A stretch of 64,000 nucleotides of DNA from an uncultured Candidatus Rokubacteria bacterium (GCA_963776725.1 CAVZOE010000021.1:431931-495930); one strand, 5' to 3'. Positions 10,262 through 20,229 are shown, counted from the stretch's first letter. Notes: generated by a model from the sequence alone, not told the origin. Translations and numbers: made by a program.

Positions 10262-11302
10262 GTGGACCTGCGACACTTGCGCGCCTTCGTGACCATCGTC
10301 GACGCCGGCGGCTTCGGCCGGGCCGTTGCCCGACTGAATCTCAGTCAACCGGCGCTGTCGCGGCAGATCCGCGCCCTCGAGGCCGAGCTGGACGTCCAGC
10401 TCTTCGACCGTATCGGGCGTCGCGTCCAGCTCACAGCGGAGGGCGAAGACCTCCTCCGGCGAGCCCGCGGACTGTTGACGGACGCCGACTCACTCGGCGA
10501 GCGGGCGCGGGCCCTCAAAGGAGGGCAGGCAGGCGTGCTCCGGGTGGGCGCCACGCCGCAAGCGATGGAGACCCTGCTCGCCGGTTTCCTTCCACGCTAT
10601 CGACGGGGGCACCCCGGCGTCGAGGTGCACCTCGTCGAGGACGGCGGCGTCCGTCTGGCCACGCGCCTCGAGCGGGGCGACGTTCACCTTGCGCTCACGG
10701 CCTCCACCGATGCGCGGTTCCGTTGGCGCCCGCTGGCGCCCCTCTACCTCCTCGCCGTGCTCCCGAAGTCGCAGCGGCTGGGCCGCGGCGCGACGCTGGA
10801 GATCGGAGAACTGGCCGACGCACCGCTGCTCCTGACGCGGCGCGATTTCGCCTCACGCGAATGGTTCGACGCGGCCTGCCAGGTCGCGCACATGCGGCCG
10901 CGCGTGCTCCTGGAGAGCGGCGCGCCTTCCACGCTCGTGGCGCTGGCCCAGGCGGCGTACGGCATCGCCATCGTTCCGTCCAACGTACGGATTCCGCGCC
11001 GAGGTCTTCGGGCCGTGCCTCTCGTCCAGCGCGGGGCGCCGATCGGCCGGTGGTTGAACCTCGCCTGGGACCCGCGGCGATTCCTGGCGCCGTATGCGGA
11101 GCAATTCGTCGAGGAGTTGGTGGCGTACGCCCAGCGCGCCTCTGCGAAACCTGGCTACACCCGGCGCGCGCCGCCCTTGCCCCGTCCGACGGAGTCGGAT
11201 CGAGCCCGCCAGGTCGGGCCGACGACGACCATCGCGTCTCGAGGCCCTGCCCGGCGCACCACCACGCGGACGAGCTCGTCTGGCTCCACGGGTCCGGACT
11301 AG
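10262..11302 (+). CDS. LysR-family transcriptional regulator
   Basis: GTG start. The N-terminal HTH reads LRHLRAFVTIVDAGGFGRAVARLNLSQPALSRQIRALE, followed by a LysR substrate-binding domain. The low-complexity C-terminal tail suggests the true stop may be earlier. Confidence 0.8.
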   Translation: MDLRHLRAFVTIVDAGGFGRAVARLNLSQPALSRQIRALEAELDVQLFDRIGRRVQLTAEGEDLLRRARGLLTDADSLGERARALKGGQAGVLRVGATPQAMETLLAGFLPRYRRGHPGVEVHLVEDGGVRLATRLERGDVHLALTASTDARFRWRPLAPLYLLAVLPKSQRLGRGATLEIGELADAPLLLTRRDFASREWFDAACQVAHMRPRVLLESGAPSTLVALAQAAYGIAIVPSNVRIPRRGLRAVPLVQRGAPIGRWLNLAWDPRRFLAPYAEQFVEELVAYAQRASAKPGYTRRAPPLPRPTESDRARQVGPTTTIASRGPARRTTTRTSSSGSTGPD

Positions 11303-11312
11303 AATCTCGCCC

Positions 11313-11928
11313 ATGAGCACGAAAGCCGCCTCCGATCGCATCGAGACCACGCGCGCCGCCCTGATCGTCTACGACGCCTGCCGCCGGGCCCTGACACCAG
11401 CCGAGCCCACCCGGCGCGCGGCAATGCGTCCCGTCCTCGAGGCGTGGGTGGCGCTGATCGGCGCGTGTCGGGCGCGCGCCATGCCCATCATCTACACGAC
11501 TCCGGTCAGCCGGGCGGATGGCGCCGACGTCGTGTTGCTGCCGACCGACCTCAGCGTGCAGACCGGCGTGCCGTCGCTCACCAACTGCGTGGAGGGCTCG
11601 CCCGAGGCCGGCTTCCCCGACGAGATCGCGCCCCGGCCCGAAGACTACGTGTTCCTCAAGCGTCGCCCCAGCGCCTTCTACGGCACCGGGCGTCGCCGAG
11701 CTCCTGCGACTGCTGCACCGCACCGGCCTGGTGATCGGTGGCGGCGCGACCAACCGCGGCGTCGAGACCAGTGTGCGCGAAGCCTTCAGCATGGACCTCG
11801 ATACGGTGGTGGTGCGCGAGTGCTGCTGGGGCGGCGACGCCGCCGCCCACGCCTACAGCCTCGACACGTCGATGAAGATGTACGCGCGGGTGCGCACGCT
11901 GCAGCAGACCCTGGCGATGCTCGCCTGA
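11313..11928 (+). CDS. Isochorismatase-family cysteine hydrolase, one frameshift near 11695
   Basis: ..LIVYDACRR.. continues to ..FLKRRPSAFYGTG(shift)VAELLRLLHRTGLVIGGGATNRGVETSVREAF.. Confidence 0.6.
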
Positions 11929-11988
11929 GTCCGTGGATCACGGCGGCCCTCGCCGTGTATGCTTCTAGCGACTTTCCAGGCCCATCGG

Positions 11989-12573
11989 ATGGGGAGATTG
12001 GACATGGCGGTCGAGGTGGCAGCGGCGCGGCGGCGCTTCACGCGCGCGGAGTATCACCGCATGGCCGAGGTGGGCATCCTCGCCGACGGCGAGCGGGTCG
12101 AGCTGATCTGCGGCGAGATCATCAAGAAATTGTCCCAGGGTCGCCGGCATCGCGCGTTCGTCGACAATCTGAATCAGATCCTGGTGCCGCGACTGGCCGG
12201 CCGCGCGATCGTGTCCATCCAGATGCCGATCGCGCTCTCGGACGACACCGAGCCCGAGCCCGACGTGCAGATCCTTCGCCGGCGCTCGGTGCCGTACAAG
12301 GAGCGCGAGGGCGACGCGAGCGATGCGTTCCTGGTCATCGAGGTGGCCGAGAGCTCGCTCACCTACGATCGCACCACGAAGCTCAAGCTCTACGCCGCGG
12401 CCGGCATCCCGGAGTACTGGGTGATCGATTGTGTCGCGGAGAGCATCGAGGTCCACCGCACGCCCCACGCCGACGGCTATCGCGACGTCACGCGGGCCGC
12501 CGGGCCCACAGCAACCCTCGCGCCGCAGGCGTTCCCCGACGTCACGCTCGCGCTGACCGAGATCTTCGCCTAG
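11989..12573 (+). CDS. Uma2-family (DUF820) putative restriction-like endonuclease
   Basis: Motifs are ..AEYHRMAEVGIL..ERVELICGEI.. and ..LKLYAAAGIPEYWVID... An alternative ATG at 12004 has a GGGGAG RBS. Confidence 0.7.
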   Translation: MGRLDMAVEVAAARRRFTRAEYHRMAEVGILADGERVELICGEIIKKLSQGRRHRAFVDNLNQILVPRLAGRAIVSIQMPIALSDDTEPEPDVQILRRRSVPYKEREGDASDAFLVIEVAESSLTYDRTTKLKLYAAAGIPEYWVIDCVAESIEVHRTPHADGYRDVTRAAGPTATLAPQAFPDVTLALTEIFA

Positions 12574-13281
12574 TCAGCGTCCGGGCGGCCGCTGAGCGGC
12601 CAGCCACTCGGCGGCGGGTGGCACGTTCGGATCGCGGGGCCGCAAGTTGTAGTACGCCACCAGCGGGAAATACTGATCGGCCAGCCGGCGGAGCTCGACG
12701 ACCGGCGTGGGATGCAGATCGACCCGTAGATCGACCATGGCGTAGGGCTCACGATCGACGACGTAGAGGCCGCTGGAGACCTCGCCGTTCGGCTGGCCGC
12801 CGGCCGCCTTTCCCGCCTCGAGCGCGAGCAGGAGCCGCTCCCACAGCGCGAGATCCCGATTCTTCCCAAACGCGCCGAACATCGCGTCGGCCACCCCGGC
12901 GCCGGCGACCATGTTGGCCGCCACGACCACGTTGCGCTCGACGCGATGTCCGGCCCACGGCTTGTTGTCGCGTCCGGTGCGCGCGGCGGCGAGACCGCTC
13001 ACGTCCAGGCAGCCGAGCTGACGGCGCTCGACGAACTGATCGCTCGCCGCGATCTCCTCCAGCACGCGCGGCGCGGAGTAACCAGCGCGCAGCAGGTTCA
13101 ACCCCAGATGGCCGAGGCGTGGATTGGTGCTGGCCTGCGTCACGATGGCGCCCACCCCGGGGGCGACGTGGATGCATCGCGAGCCGACGGCCATCTCGCT
13201 GGTGGCGATGGCGATGCCGAACATGCCGGTGCGCTCGCACCGGCCGATGATCGAGAACGTCGTGAACTCGATGCCGATCAA
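12574..13281 (-). CDS. DUF1028-family protein (Ntn-hydrolase-like)
   Basis: The N-terminus reads TFSIIGRCERTGMFGIAIATSEMAVGSRCIHVAPGVGAIVTQASTNP, which is typical of DUF1028. Confidence 0.6.
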   Translation of the reverse strand: MIGIEFTTFSIIGRCERTGMFGIAIATSEMAVGSRCIHVAPGVGAIVTQASTNPRLGHLGLNLLRAGYSAPRVLEEIAASDQFVERRQLGCLDVSGLAAARTGRDNKPWAGHRVERNVVVAANMVAGAGVADAMFGAFGKNRDLALWERLLLALEAGKAAGGQPNGEVSSGLYVVDREPYAMVDLRVDLHPTPVVELRRLADQYFPLVAYYNLRPRDPNVPPAAEWLAAQRPPGR

Positions 13282-13379
13282 GGCCGCGGCCTCCGCATGG
13301 CGATCACCTCGCCGGGCATCATACCTCCGCCGCTGGCCACCCGGTGGTATCCTGCCGGCACCTCATCGAGGAGGATCGC

Positions 13380-14999
13380 ATGCTCTCTCGTCGCGAATTC
13401 CTGTCGATCGGCGCCGCCGGGGTCGCGGGCGCCTCCGTGCCGTTCGCCGCCGGCGCGCAGACGCCGAAGCGGGGCGGCACGCTGACGCTGCGGACGTGGG
13501 ATCCCCCGCATTTCGACCACATCCTCGCTCACGCCTACAAGACCCACGTGGTCATCAGCTTCACGCACAGCCGCCTGCTCCGGCACCGGGCCGGCCCCGG
13601 CGTCCGGCCAGGGGCGTTCACGATCGAAGGCGACCTGGCCGAGTCGTGGCAGCAGACCAGCGACACGACCTACGTCTTCAAGCTCCGCAAGGGCGTGAGG
13701 TTTCACGCCAAGCCACCGGTCAACGGTCGCGAGCTCACGGCCGACGACGTGCGCTACACCTTCGAGCGCATCCTCACCGACAAGGGCAGCGCCAACGTCT
13801 CGATGTACCGCTCCATCGCCAAGATCGAGCCTCTCGACCGCTACACCGTCCGCTTCACGCTGAAGGAGCCGTTCGCGTGGTTCCTCGACATGATCGCCAA
13901 CCCCATGTCGGGCGCCATCATCGCCAGGGAGTGCGTGGAGACGTTCGGCGACCTCCGCAAACCCGAGGCGGTCATCGGGACCGGCCCCTACACGCTCGAC
14001 GCCTACCGGCCCAACGTGTCGCTCACGCTGGTGCGCAACCCGCACTACTTCGTGCCCACCTTGCCCTACATCGATCGCGTCGAGATGCTGGTGGACGAGG
14101 ACAACGCCTCGCGCATCGCCGCGTTCCTCGGCGGCAAGTACGATCTCGGCTGGGAGTTCCCCGGCATGATCAACCGCTCCGACTGGATCCAGCTGGCCGA
14201 CACGCTGAAGAAGCGGCGCCCGGGACTCAGGACCATGGAATTCCCGTCGAATGTCGTGAACGACCTCGCCATGCGGACCGATCGCCCACCGTTTTCGGAC
14301 GCGCGAGTCCGTCAGGCGATCTCGCTCGCCATCGACCGTCAGGGACTGATCGACGCCACCCTCGAGGGGGTCGGCGTGAGCAACGGCCCCGTGCCGGCAG
14401 CGCTCTCCGACTGGGCGCTGCTGATCGACCAGCTCGGCGAAGGCGCGCGCTACTACCGCTACGATCCCGCCGAGGCCAAGCGGCTGCTAGCCGCCGCGGG
14501 TCATCCCAACGGACTCCCCGGTAGCGTGTGCTTCTCGACCTACGGCTCGACGCTGCTGGTCGACAGCATGACGCTGGTCCTCAAGAACCTGAAAGACGTC
14601 GGCATCGACGCCAAGCTCGACCAGCGCGAATACGGCGCCTATCAGGCGACCTGTCGGTTCGGGAAGTTCGATTCGATGGTGTTCGGCCCGCTCACGCCGT
14701 TCGTCGAGCCGGACAGCTTCCTGTTCGGGCAGTACTATACCGGCGAGCCGCGAAACCGGAGCCACGTCAACGATCCCGTGCTCGACGACCTGCTGGTCAA
14801 GCAGCGGCGCACCGCGGACGTCAAGGCCCGCCGCGACGTCATTCACCAGATCCAGCGGCACCTCGCCCGGCAGCAGTACTACGTCCATTTTCCGTCGGGG
14901 ACCTACATTGCCGTGTGGGAGGGCGCGCTCAAGAACTACGCGCCGAACCTCGGCTACGACTACGGCGGGCGCCTGCTCGCCGCCTGGCTCGACCGCTGA
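13380..14999 (+). CDS. ABC transporter substrate-binding protein, family 5 (peptide/nickel/opine type), TAT signal
   Basis: GAGGAGGA RBS. The signal is SRREFLSIGAAGVAGA. The 540-aa product is intact. Confidence 0.8.
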   Translation: MLSRREFLSIGAAGVAGASVPFAAGAQTPKRGGTLTLRTWDPPHFDHILAHAYKTHVVISFTHSRLLRHRAGPGVRPGAFTIEGDLAESWQQTSDTTYVFKLRKGVRFHAKPPVNGRELTADDVRYTFERILTDKGSANVSMYRSIAKIEPLDRYTVRFTLKEPFAWFLDMIANPMSGAIIARECVETFGDLRKPEAVIGTGPYTLDAYRPNVSLTLVRNPHYFVPTLPYIDRVEMLVDEDNASRIAAFLGGKYDLGWEFPGMINRSDWIQLADTLKKRRPGLRTMEFPSNVVNDLAMRTDRPPFSDARVRQAISLAIDRQGLIDATLEGVGVSNGPVPAALSDWALLIDQLGEGARYYRYDPAEAKRLLAAAGHPNGLPGSVCFSTYGSTLLVDSMTLVLKNLKDVGIDAKLDQREYGAYQATCRFGKFDSMVFGPLTPFVEPDSFLFGQYYTGEPRNRSHVNDPVLDDLLVKQRRTADVKARRDVIHQIQRHLARQQYYVHFPSGTYIAVWEGALKNYAPNLGYDYGGRLLAAWLDR

Positions 15000-15030
15000 A
15001 TCGACGAGCGACACGACAAGGAGATTCAGT

Positions 15031-16134
15031 CATGACCACTCGACGCGATTTCCTCCAGTCGACCGCCGGCACGCTCGCCGGTCTCGCGTTCGTGGGCTGC
15101 GACCTGCTGGCCGCGCGCCGGCGCGGGCCCAGGCCCGGCGGCGCGAAGTCGTGGTCGGCAGGCGGGTCAAGACGTGGACGTGCACGCGCACTGCGCGGTG
15201 CCCGAGGCGCTGGCGCTGATGGGCCTGAAGCTCGGCGGGCCCGACGCTGCCGGCCCGACCTCGACATGGCGACGCAGGCGTCCGAGCGCATCGCGCGCCA
15301 TGGACGCGCAGGGCATCGACATGGAGGCGCTCAGCATCAACCCGTACTGGTACAAGGCCGAGCGCGACCTCGCCGAGAAGATGATCCAGCGTCCAGAACG
15401 AGAAGCTCGCGGAGGCGTGCGCCGCGCACCCCGACCGCTTCGTCGCCTTCGCCTCGGTGGCGCTGCAGCATCCCGACCTCGCCGCCGAGCAGCTCGAGGA
15501 GGGCGTGAAGAAGTACGGGCTGCGCGGCGCCGCCATCGGCGGCAGCGTCGACGGCGAGGAGATCAGCGATCCGAAGTTCCATCCGTTCTGGGCCAAGGCC
15601 GAGCAGCTCGGCGTGCTGGTCTTCATCCACCCGCAGGGCGACCGGCGCCCCGGCCGAGCATGCCGAAGCGGCTCAAGGGCAACGGCTACCTCGGCAACGT
15701 GATCGGCAATCCGCTCGAGACCACCATCGCGCTCTCGCACCTGATCTTCGAAGGCACGCTCGACCGGTTCCCCGGCCTGAAGATCTGCGGGGCGCACGGC
15801 GGCGGGTTACCTGCCCTCGTACGCCGGCCGCTCCGACTTGCGGCTGCCCCACCCGGCCCGACCTCTGCCCCGGCGGCACGCACGGGCCGATCAAGAAGAA
15901 GCCGACCGAGTACCTCAAGCAGATGTACTACGACACGATGGTGTTCTCGCCCGAGGGCGTCCGCCACCTCGCCGCCGAGGTCGGCGCGAGCCAGCTGATG
16001 GTCGGCACCGACTTCCCGTACCCGTGGACGAAGACCATGGTGGACGAAGTCTGGCGACGCCGGGCCTGAGCGACGCCGACCGCATCGCCATCCTCGGCGG
16101 CACGGCGGCGAAGCTGCTCGGGATCAAGATCTAG
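15031..16134 (+). pseudogene. Amidohydrolase-2 (ACMSD-like metal-dependent hydrolase/decarboxylase) with TAT signal, interrupted by at least 4 frameshifts
   Basis: Fragments read MTTRRDFLQSTAGTLAGLAFVG, VDVHAHCAVPE, FVAFASVALQHPDLAAEQLEEGVKKYGLRG, GNPLETTIALSHLIFEGTLDRFPGLKICGAHGGG and QLMVGTDFPYPW. Confidence 0.6.
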
Positions 16135-16197
16135 GAGAGGCCGGGGAACGCCGGCCCGCCCGCCGGCATCTATTCAGGCAGGAGCCTCGCGCACACC

Positions 16198-16955
16198 ATG
16201 TCTTCCCAGCCCACGGCCGTAGCTTCTCTCGCCGGCCTCGACGATGGCACGCTCGCCGCGCGCATCGCGCAGGGCGATCACGTGGCGTTCGAGGCGCTGA
16301 TGCGCCGACACAACGGCCGGCTGTTTCGGGTCGCGCGCGCCATCCTCAAGGACGACGCGCGAGGCCGAGGACGCGCTGCAGGACGCCTATCTCGACGCCT
16401 ACCGCCACATCGGCGACTTCCGCGGCGAGCGCAGGTCTCGCACCTGGCTCACCCGCATCGTCGTCAACCAGGCGCTGATGCGGCTGCGCCGGCGCAAGCG
16501 CGACCGCGTCGTCGTGCCGTTCCGGGCGGTCCGAACGACCGCGGACGACTGGATCCGGCGGAGGCCGAGATGCGCGACGAGACGAGCGAATCGCCCCCCG
16601 GCGCCGCCCTGCGCGCCGAGCTGCGCCGCCTGCTCGAGCGCCGGATCGACGAGCTGCCGTGACGTTCCGCACCGTGTTCGTCATGCGCGACGTCGAGGAG
16701 ATGAGCGTGCGAGGAGACGGCCGACTGCCTGTCGATCCCGGAGGCCACCGTGCGCACCCGGCTGTTCCGCGCGCGGGCGCTGCTCCGCGAGGCGCTGGCG
16801 CGCGACCTCGACATCGCGACCGTCGACGTCTTCGCGTTCGCCGGCGAGCGCTGCGATCGCATCGTCGCCGGCGTGCTCGCCGCGCTCTCCCATCCCCCGT
16901 CGTCGACGCCGAGTGCCGGGGAACATCGGCGCAGCTCCGCTGCATCCAATGGTAG
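16198..16955 (+). CDS. ECF (sigma-70 family) RNA polymerase sigma factor; several frameshifts and an uncertain C-terminus
   Basis: Region 2 reads ..DAYLDAYRHIGDFRGE..TWLTRIVVNQALMRLRRR. Region 4 reads ..TAECLSIPEATVRTRLFRARALLREAL. The frame stays open into the next gene. Confidence 0.6.
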
Positions 16956-17001
16956 TGAGCCGCTCACGGATCAGCCGTTCACTCACTGCCGAGAGTGCAA
17001 G

Positions 17002-17526
17002 ATGAGAGCGTTCGCTGTCGTCACTGCCGGATCGCTGCTGGTCCCGTCGCCGCCGGGGCCTCCGCCCAGGCCATCAACGACGCGCAGATCGCGTCCATCG
17101 TCGTCACCGCCAACCAGGTCGACATCGACGCCGGCAAGCTGGCCGCGTCCACGGCGACGAACGCCGGAGGTCAAGAAGTTCGGCGCAGCTGATGGTGACC
17201 GACCACACCGGCGTCAACAAGCAGGCGGTCGATCTCGTGACGAAGCTCAAGGTCACGCCCGGAGGACAACCCGACCAGCCAGAGCCTGAAGGCCGGCGGC
17301 GACAAGAACGTCGCCACTCTCAAGACGCTCAAGGGCGCCGCCTTCGACAAGGCCTACGTCGACCACGAGGTCGCCTATCACCAGGCCGTGCTCGACGCGC
17401 GTCGACAAGACGCTGATCCCCAACGCCAAGAACGCCGAGCTGAAGGCCCTGCTGGTCAAGGTGCGGCCCGCGTTCGTCGCGCACCTGGAACATGCCAAGA
17501 CGATCCAGTCGTCGCTCGGCAAGTAG
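17002..17526 (+). CDS. DUF4142-domain secreted protein, 2 frameshifts
   Basis: Signal MRAFAVVTAGSLLV, then ..MVTDHTGVNKQAVDL..AAFDKAYVDHEVAYHQAVLDA..AELKALLVKVRPAFVAHLEHAK.. Confidence 0.55.
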
Positions 17527-17857
17527 TCGCCGGGCGCTCGCCTCTCTGGCCGCCGCGCTGGGTGCGCTCGCCTGCTGCTTGGGCCCCAGCGCGGCGGTGG
17601 AGACCCCCCAGGCCACCACGCACACGGTGGTCATGGACGCCGTCAGCTTCACGCCCGGCGTGCTGACGGTGAAGAGGGGCGATTCGATCGTGTGGCGGAA
17701 CCAGGACCCGTTTCCCCACACGGCGACCTCGAGCGCCTTCGACTCGCAGAGCATCGCGCCCGGTCAATCCTGGACCTACACGGCGAACACCCGGGGAGAG
17801 TTCTCCTACGTGTGCACCTTCCACCCGACGATGAAGGGGATGCTGCGCGTTCAGTAG
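17492..17857 (+). CDS. Cupredoxin (plastocyanin/azurin-like blue copper protein), likely lipoprotein
   Basis: The N-terminus contains ..LACC... The Cu ligands are H..C-T-F-H-P-x-M-K-G in the C-terminal VCTFHPTMKG. Confidence 0.7.
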   Translation: MPRRSSRRSASSRRALASLAAALGALACCLGPSAAVETPQATTHTVVMDAVSFTPGVLTVKRGDSIVWRNQDPFPHTATSSAFDSQSIAPGQSWTYTANTRGEFSYVCTFHPTMKGMLRVQ

Positions 17858-17870
17858 CAGGCGTGCGGCC

Positions 17871-18894
17871 TCACCCTCCCCACATGTCGGGCAGCGTGAA
17901 GCCGCCGCGGAATGGATCGCCCGGATCGAAGCCGTGCTGGAAGACGCCGGTGATCCACGCCTGCCCCGCGATCGTCGGGACGATAGCCGATCGCCCCCCC
18001 ACCGTCACCGCGCGGGCGATGGCGGCCTCGAACCGCGAGCCGATGATCGACTCGTGCACGAACCCCTGCCCGGCCGCCAGCTGCCCGCGCGCGTGCAGCA
18101 CGGCCAGGCGGGCGGAGGTGCCGGTGCCGCAGGGACTGCGGTCGATGCGGCCGGGGGCGACGATCACCGCGTTGCGGCTCACGCTCCCCGGGCCCGGTGA
18201 ACGGCATGGCGAACTCGGTGAACGTCACCGTGTGGATGTCCGCGTTGTCCGGATGGCGCACGGGCAGCTGCCGCGCGGCGGCGGCGGTGATCCGGTTGCC
18301 GAGGACCACGAGGTCGCGCGCCTCCTTCGGCTGCACCGCGAAGCCGAGTGACGGCGCGTCGACGATCGCGAAGAACGCGCCGCCGTAGGCCACGTCGACC
18401 TGGATCGTGCCCAGGCCCTCGACCTCCAGCGTGGCGCCGAGATGCGTGGCGAAGCACGGCACGTTGGTGAACTGCACGCGCTCCACCTTGCCGTCGCGGC
18501 AGCGCGCCTCGACGGGCACCGGGCCCGCCGGCGTGTCCAGCGTCAGCGTCGTCACCGGCTCGCGCATCGGCAGCATGCCCGTCTCGAGCAGGACGGTCAC
18601 GGTGCAGATGGTGTTGGAGCCGGACATCGGCGGATAGTCGGTCGACTCCATGATGATCATGCCCACGTCGCAGTCGGGCCGGGTGGGCGGCGTCACGAGG
18701 TTCACGCAGAGCGAGGGCTTGCCCCGGGGCTCGTGCAGGAGCCAGCGCCGTAGCTCGTCACCCTGTGTCTCCAGATAGCGCTTCTTGTCGAACATGGTGG
18801 CACCGGGGGGCGGGAGCACCCCACCGACGATCACGTGGTTGTCCTCGCCGCCGACGTGGCAGCCGATCACCGTTACCGTGCGTTCCCACTTCAC
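17871..18894 (-). CDS. Proline racemase family protein (hydroxyproline epimerase / dehydratase-like), one frameshift near 18180
   Basis: MKWERTVTVIGCHVGGEDNHVIVGG.. is followed by ..SPCGTGTSARLAVLHARGQ.., the catalytic Cys/Thr motif region. Confidence 0.65.
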
Positions 18895-18951
18895 GTTTTT
18901 GATCCTTTCCGCCCGGGGCCAGGCGCATGGTATCGATGGCGGGTGGGCCGG

Positions 18952-18995
18952 TCAACGTCGCGCGGTTGACGTCGGGCGCTTGTGAGCGAATACTC
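18952..18995 (+). promoter_or_regulatory. Sigma-70-like promoter TTGACG-17-AATACT (18967-18995) overlapped by the palindrome GTCAAC-N8-GTTGAC (18952-18971)
   Basis: A near-consensus -35/-10 pair with a 17-nt spacer sits upstream of ATG 19045. The dyad overlaps the -35 box in the divergent intergenic region. Confidence 0.45.
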
Positions 18996-19044
18996 GGCGA
19001 CGGTCGCCTCGATGCCGACCGGCCGACAAAGGAGAGTTGCCCCG

Positions 19045-20229
19045 ATGACCGTGGCCAACGGACGTGAGTTCCTCGCCATTCCCGGACCGACCAACATTCC
19101 CGACGCGGTGCTGGCCGCCATGCACCGGCCGGCGATCGACATCTACTCGGGTGACATGATCGACGTCACGCGCACGCTCCTGGAGGATCTGCCGAAGATC
19201 TTCCGCACGGCCGGCCGGACGTACATCTACGCGGCCAACGGCCACGGGGGCTGGGAGGCGGCGGTCAGCAACGTCCTGTCTCGCGGCGAGACGATTCTGG
19301 TGCTGGAGTCCGGCCTGTTCGCCGTCGGCTGGGGCGAGATGGCGCGGATGATGGGCGTCAAGATCGAGGTGCTGAAGGGCGACTGGCGGCGGGCGGTGGA
19401 TCCCGCGGCCGTCACCCAGCGTCTGCGCGCGGACACCGGGCACGAGATCAAGGCCATCCTGGCCGTGCAGATCGACACCGCCTCCGGCGTCGTCAACGAC
19501 ATCCCGGCGATCCGCCAGGCGATCAACGCCGCCGGGCATCCGGCGCTCTTCATGGTGGACTGTGTGGCCTCGCTCGGCTGCATGCCGTTCGACATGGATG
19601 GCTGGGGCGTCGACGTCGCCATGGCCGGCTCGCAGAAGGGCCTGATGACGCCGCCCGGCCTGGCCTTCACGGCCGCCAACGAGCGCGCGCAGACCGCCCA
19701 CCAGAAGGCCGATCTGCGCACGCGCTACTGGGACTGGACGTTCCGTCAGGGTGAAGTGCACTACCAGAAGTACGGTGGCACGCCGCCGCAGCACCTGCTC
19801 TTCGCGCTACGCAAGGCGCTCGACCTGCTGTTCGCCGAGGGCCTGGAGCACGCGGCCCGCCGTCACGCCCTGCTCGCGGAGGCCACGCGCCAGGCGGTGG
19901 CGCGCTGGGCCGAGGGGCGGGTGCTGGACTTCAACGTCCGCCACGCCGCGGAGCGCGCCAACTCGGTGACCACCATCCTGATGCCGGACCGCGATCCGCG
20001 TGCGCTGTCCGACTACTGCCGCAACAAGTGCGGGGTGGTCCTGGGCGTGGGCATCGGCGATCTGTCGGGCAAGGCGTTTCGCATCGCGCACATGGGCCAC
20101 GTCAACGCGCCGATGGTGTTCGGCGTGCTCGGCGCGGTCGAGATGGCGCTGGCCGCGCTCGGCATTCCGCACGGCAAGGGCGGCGTCCAGGCCGCCGTCG
20201 AGTATCTGGGGCGCGAGGTGAAGGCCTAG
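19045..20229 (+). CDS. Class V aminotransferase (alanine-glyoxylate / serine-pyruvate aminotransferase family)
   Basis: AAAGGAGAG RBS. Motifs are ..LAIPGPTNIPDAVL.. and the PLP-lysine region GSQKGLMTPPGLAF. The product is intact. Confidence 0.8.
   Translation: MTVANGREFLAIPGPTNIPDAVLAAMHRPAIDIYSGDMIDVTRTLLEDLPKIFRTAGRTYIYAANGHGGWEAAVSNVLSRGETILVLESGLFAVGWGEMARMMGVKIEVLKGDWRRAVDPAAVTQRLRADTGHEIKAILAVQIDTASGVVNDIPAIRQAINAAGHPALFMVDCVASLGCMPFDMDGWGVDVAMAGSQKGLMTPPGLAFTAANERAQTAHQKADLRTRYWDWTFRQGEVHYQKYGGTPPQHLLFALRKALDLLFAEGLEHAARRHALLAEATRQAVARWAEGRVLDFNVRHAAERANSVTTILMPDRDPRALSDYCRNKCGVVLGVGIGDLSGKAFRIAHMGHVNAPMVFGVLGAVEMALAALGIPHGKGGVQAAVEYLGREVKA

Noticed and set aside
11094-13250. 718-aa plus-strand ORF spanning four genes
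   Set aside because: It is a chimeric open frame made of Arg/Pro-rich nonsense. It overlaps the isochorismatase gene in frame only for its first third, and is antisense to DUF1028.
16135-16197. GGAAC motif plus GCCGGC-N6-GCCGGC hairpin upstream of the ECF sigma gene, as a possible ECF autoregulatory promoter or terminator
   Set aside because: The -10 region does not match a known ECF CGTC/GTC-type box at the right spacing. The hairpin lacks a T-tract. This is too weak to call as a feature.
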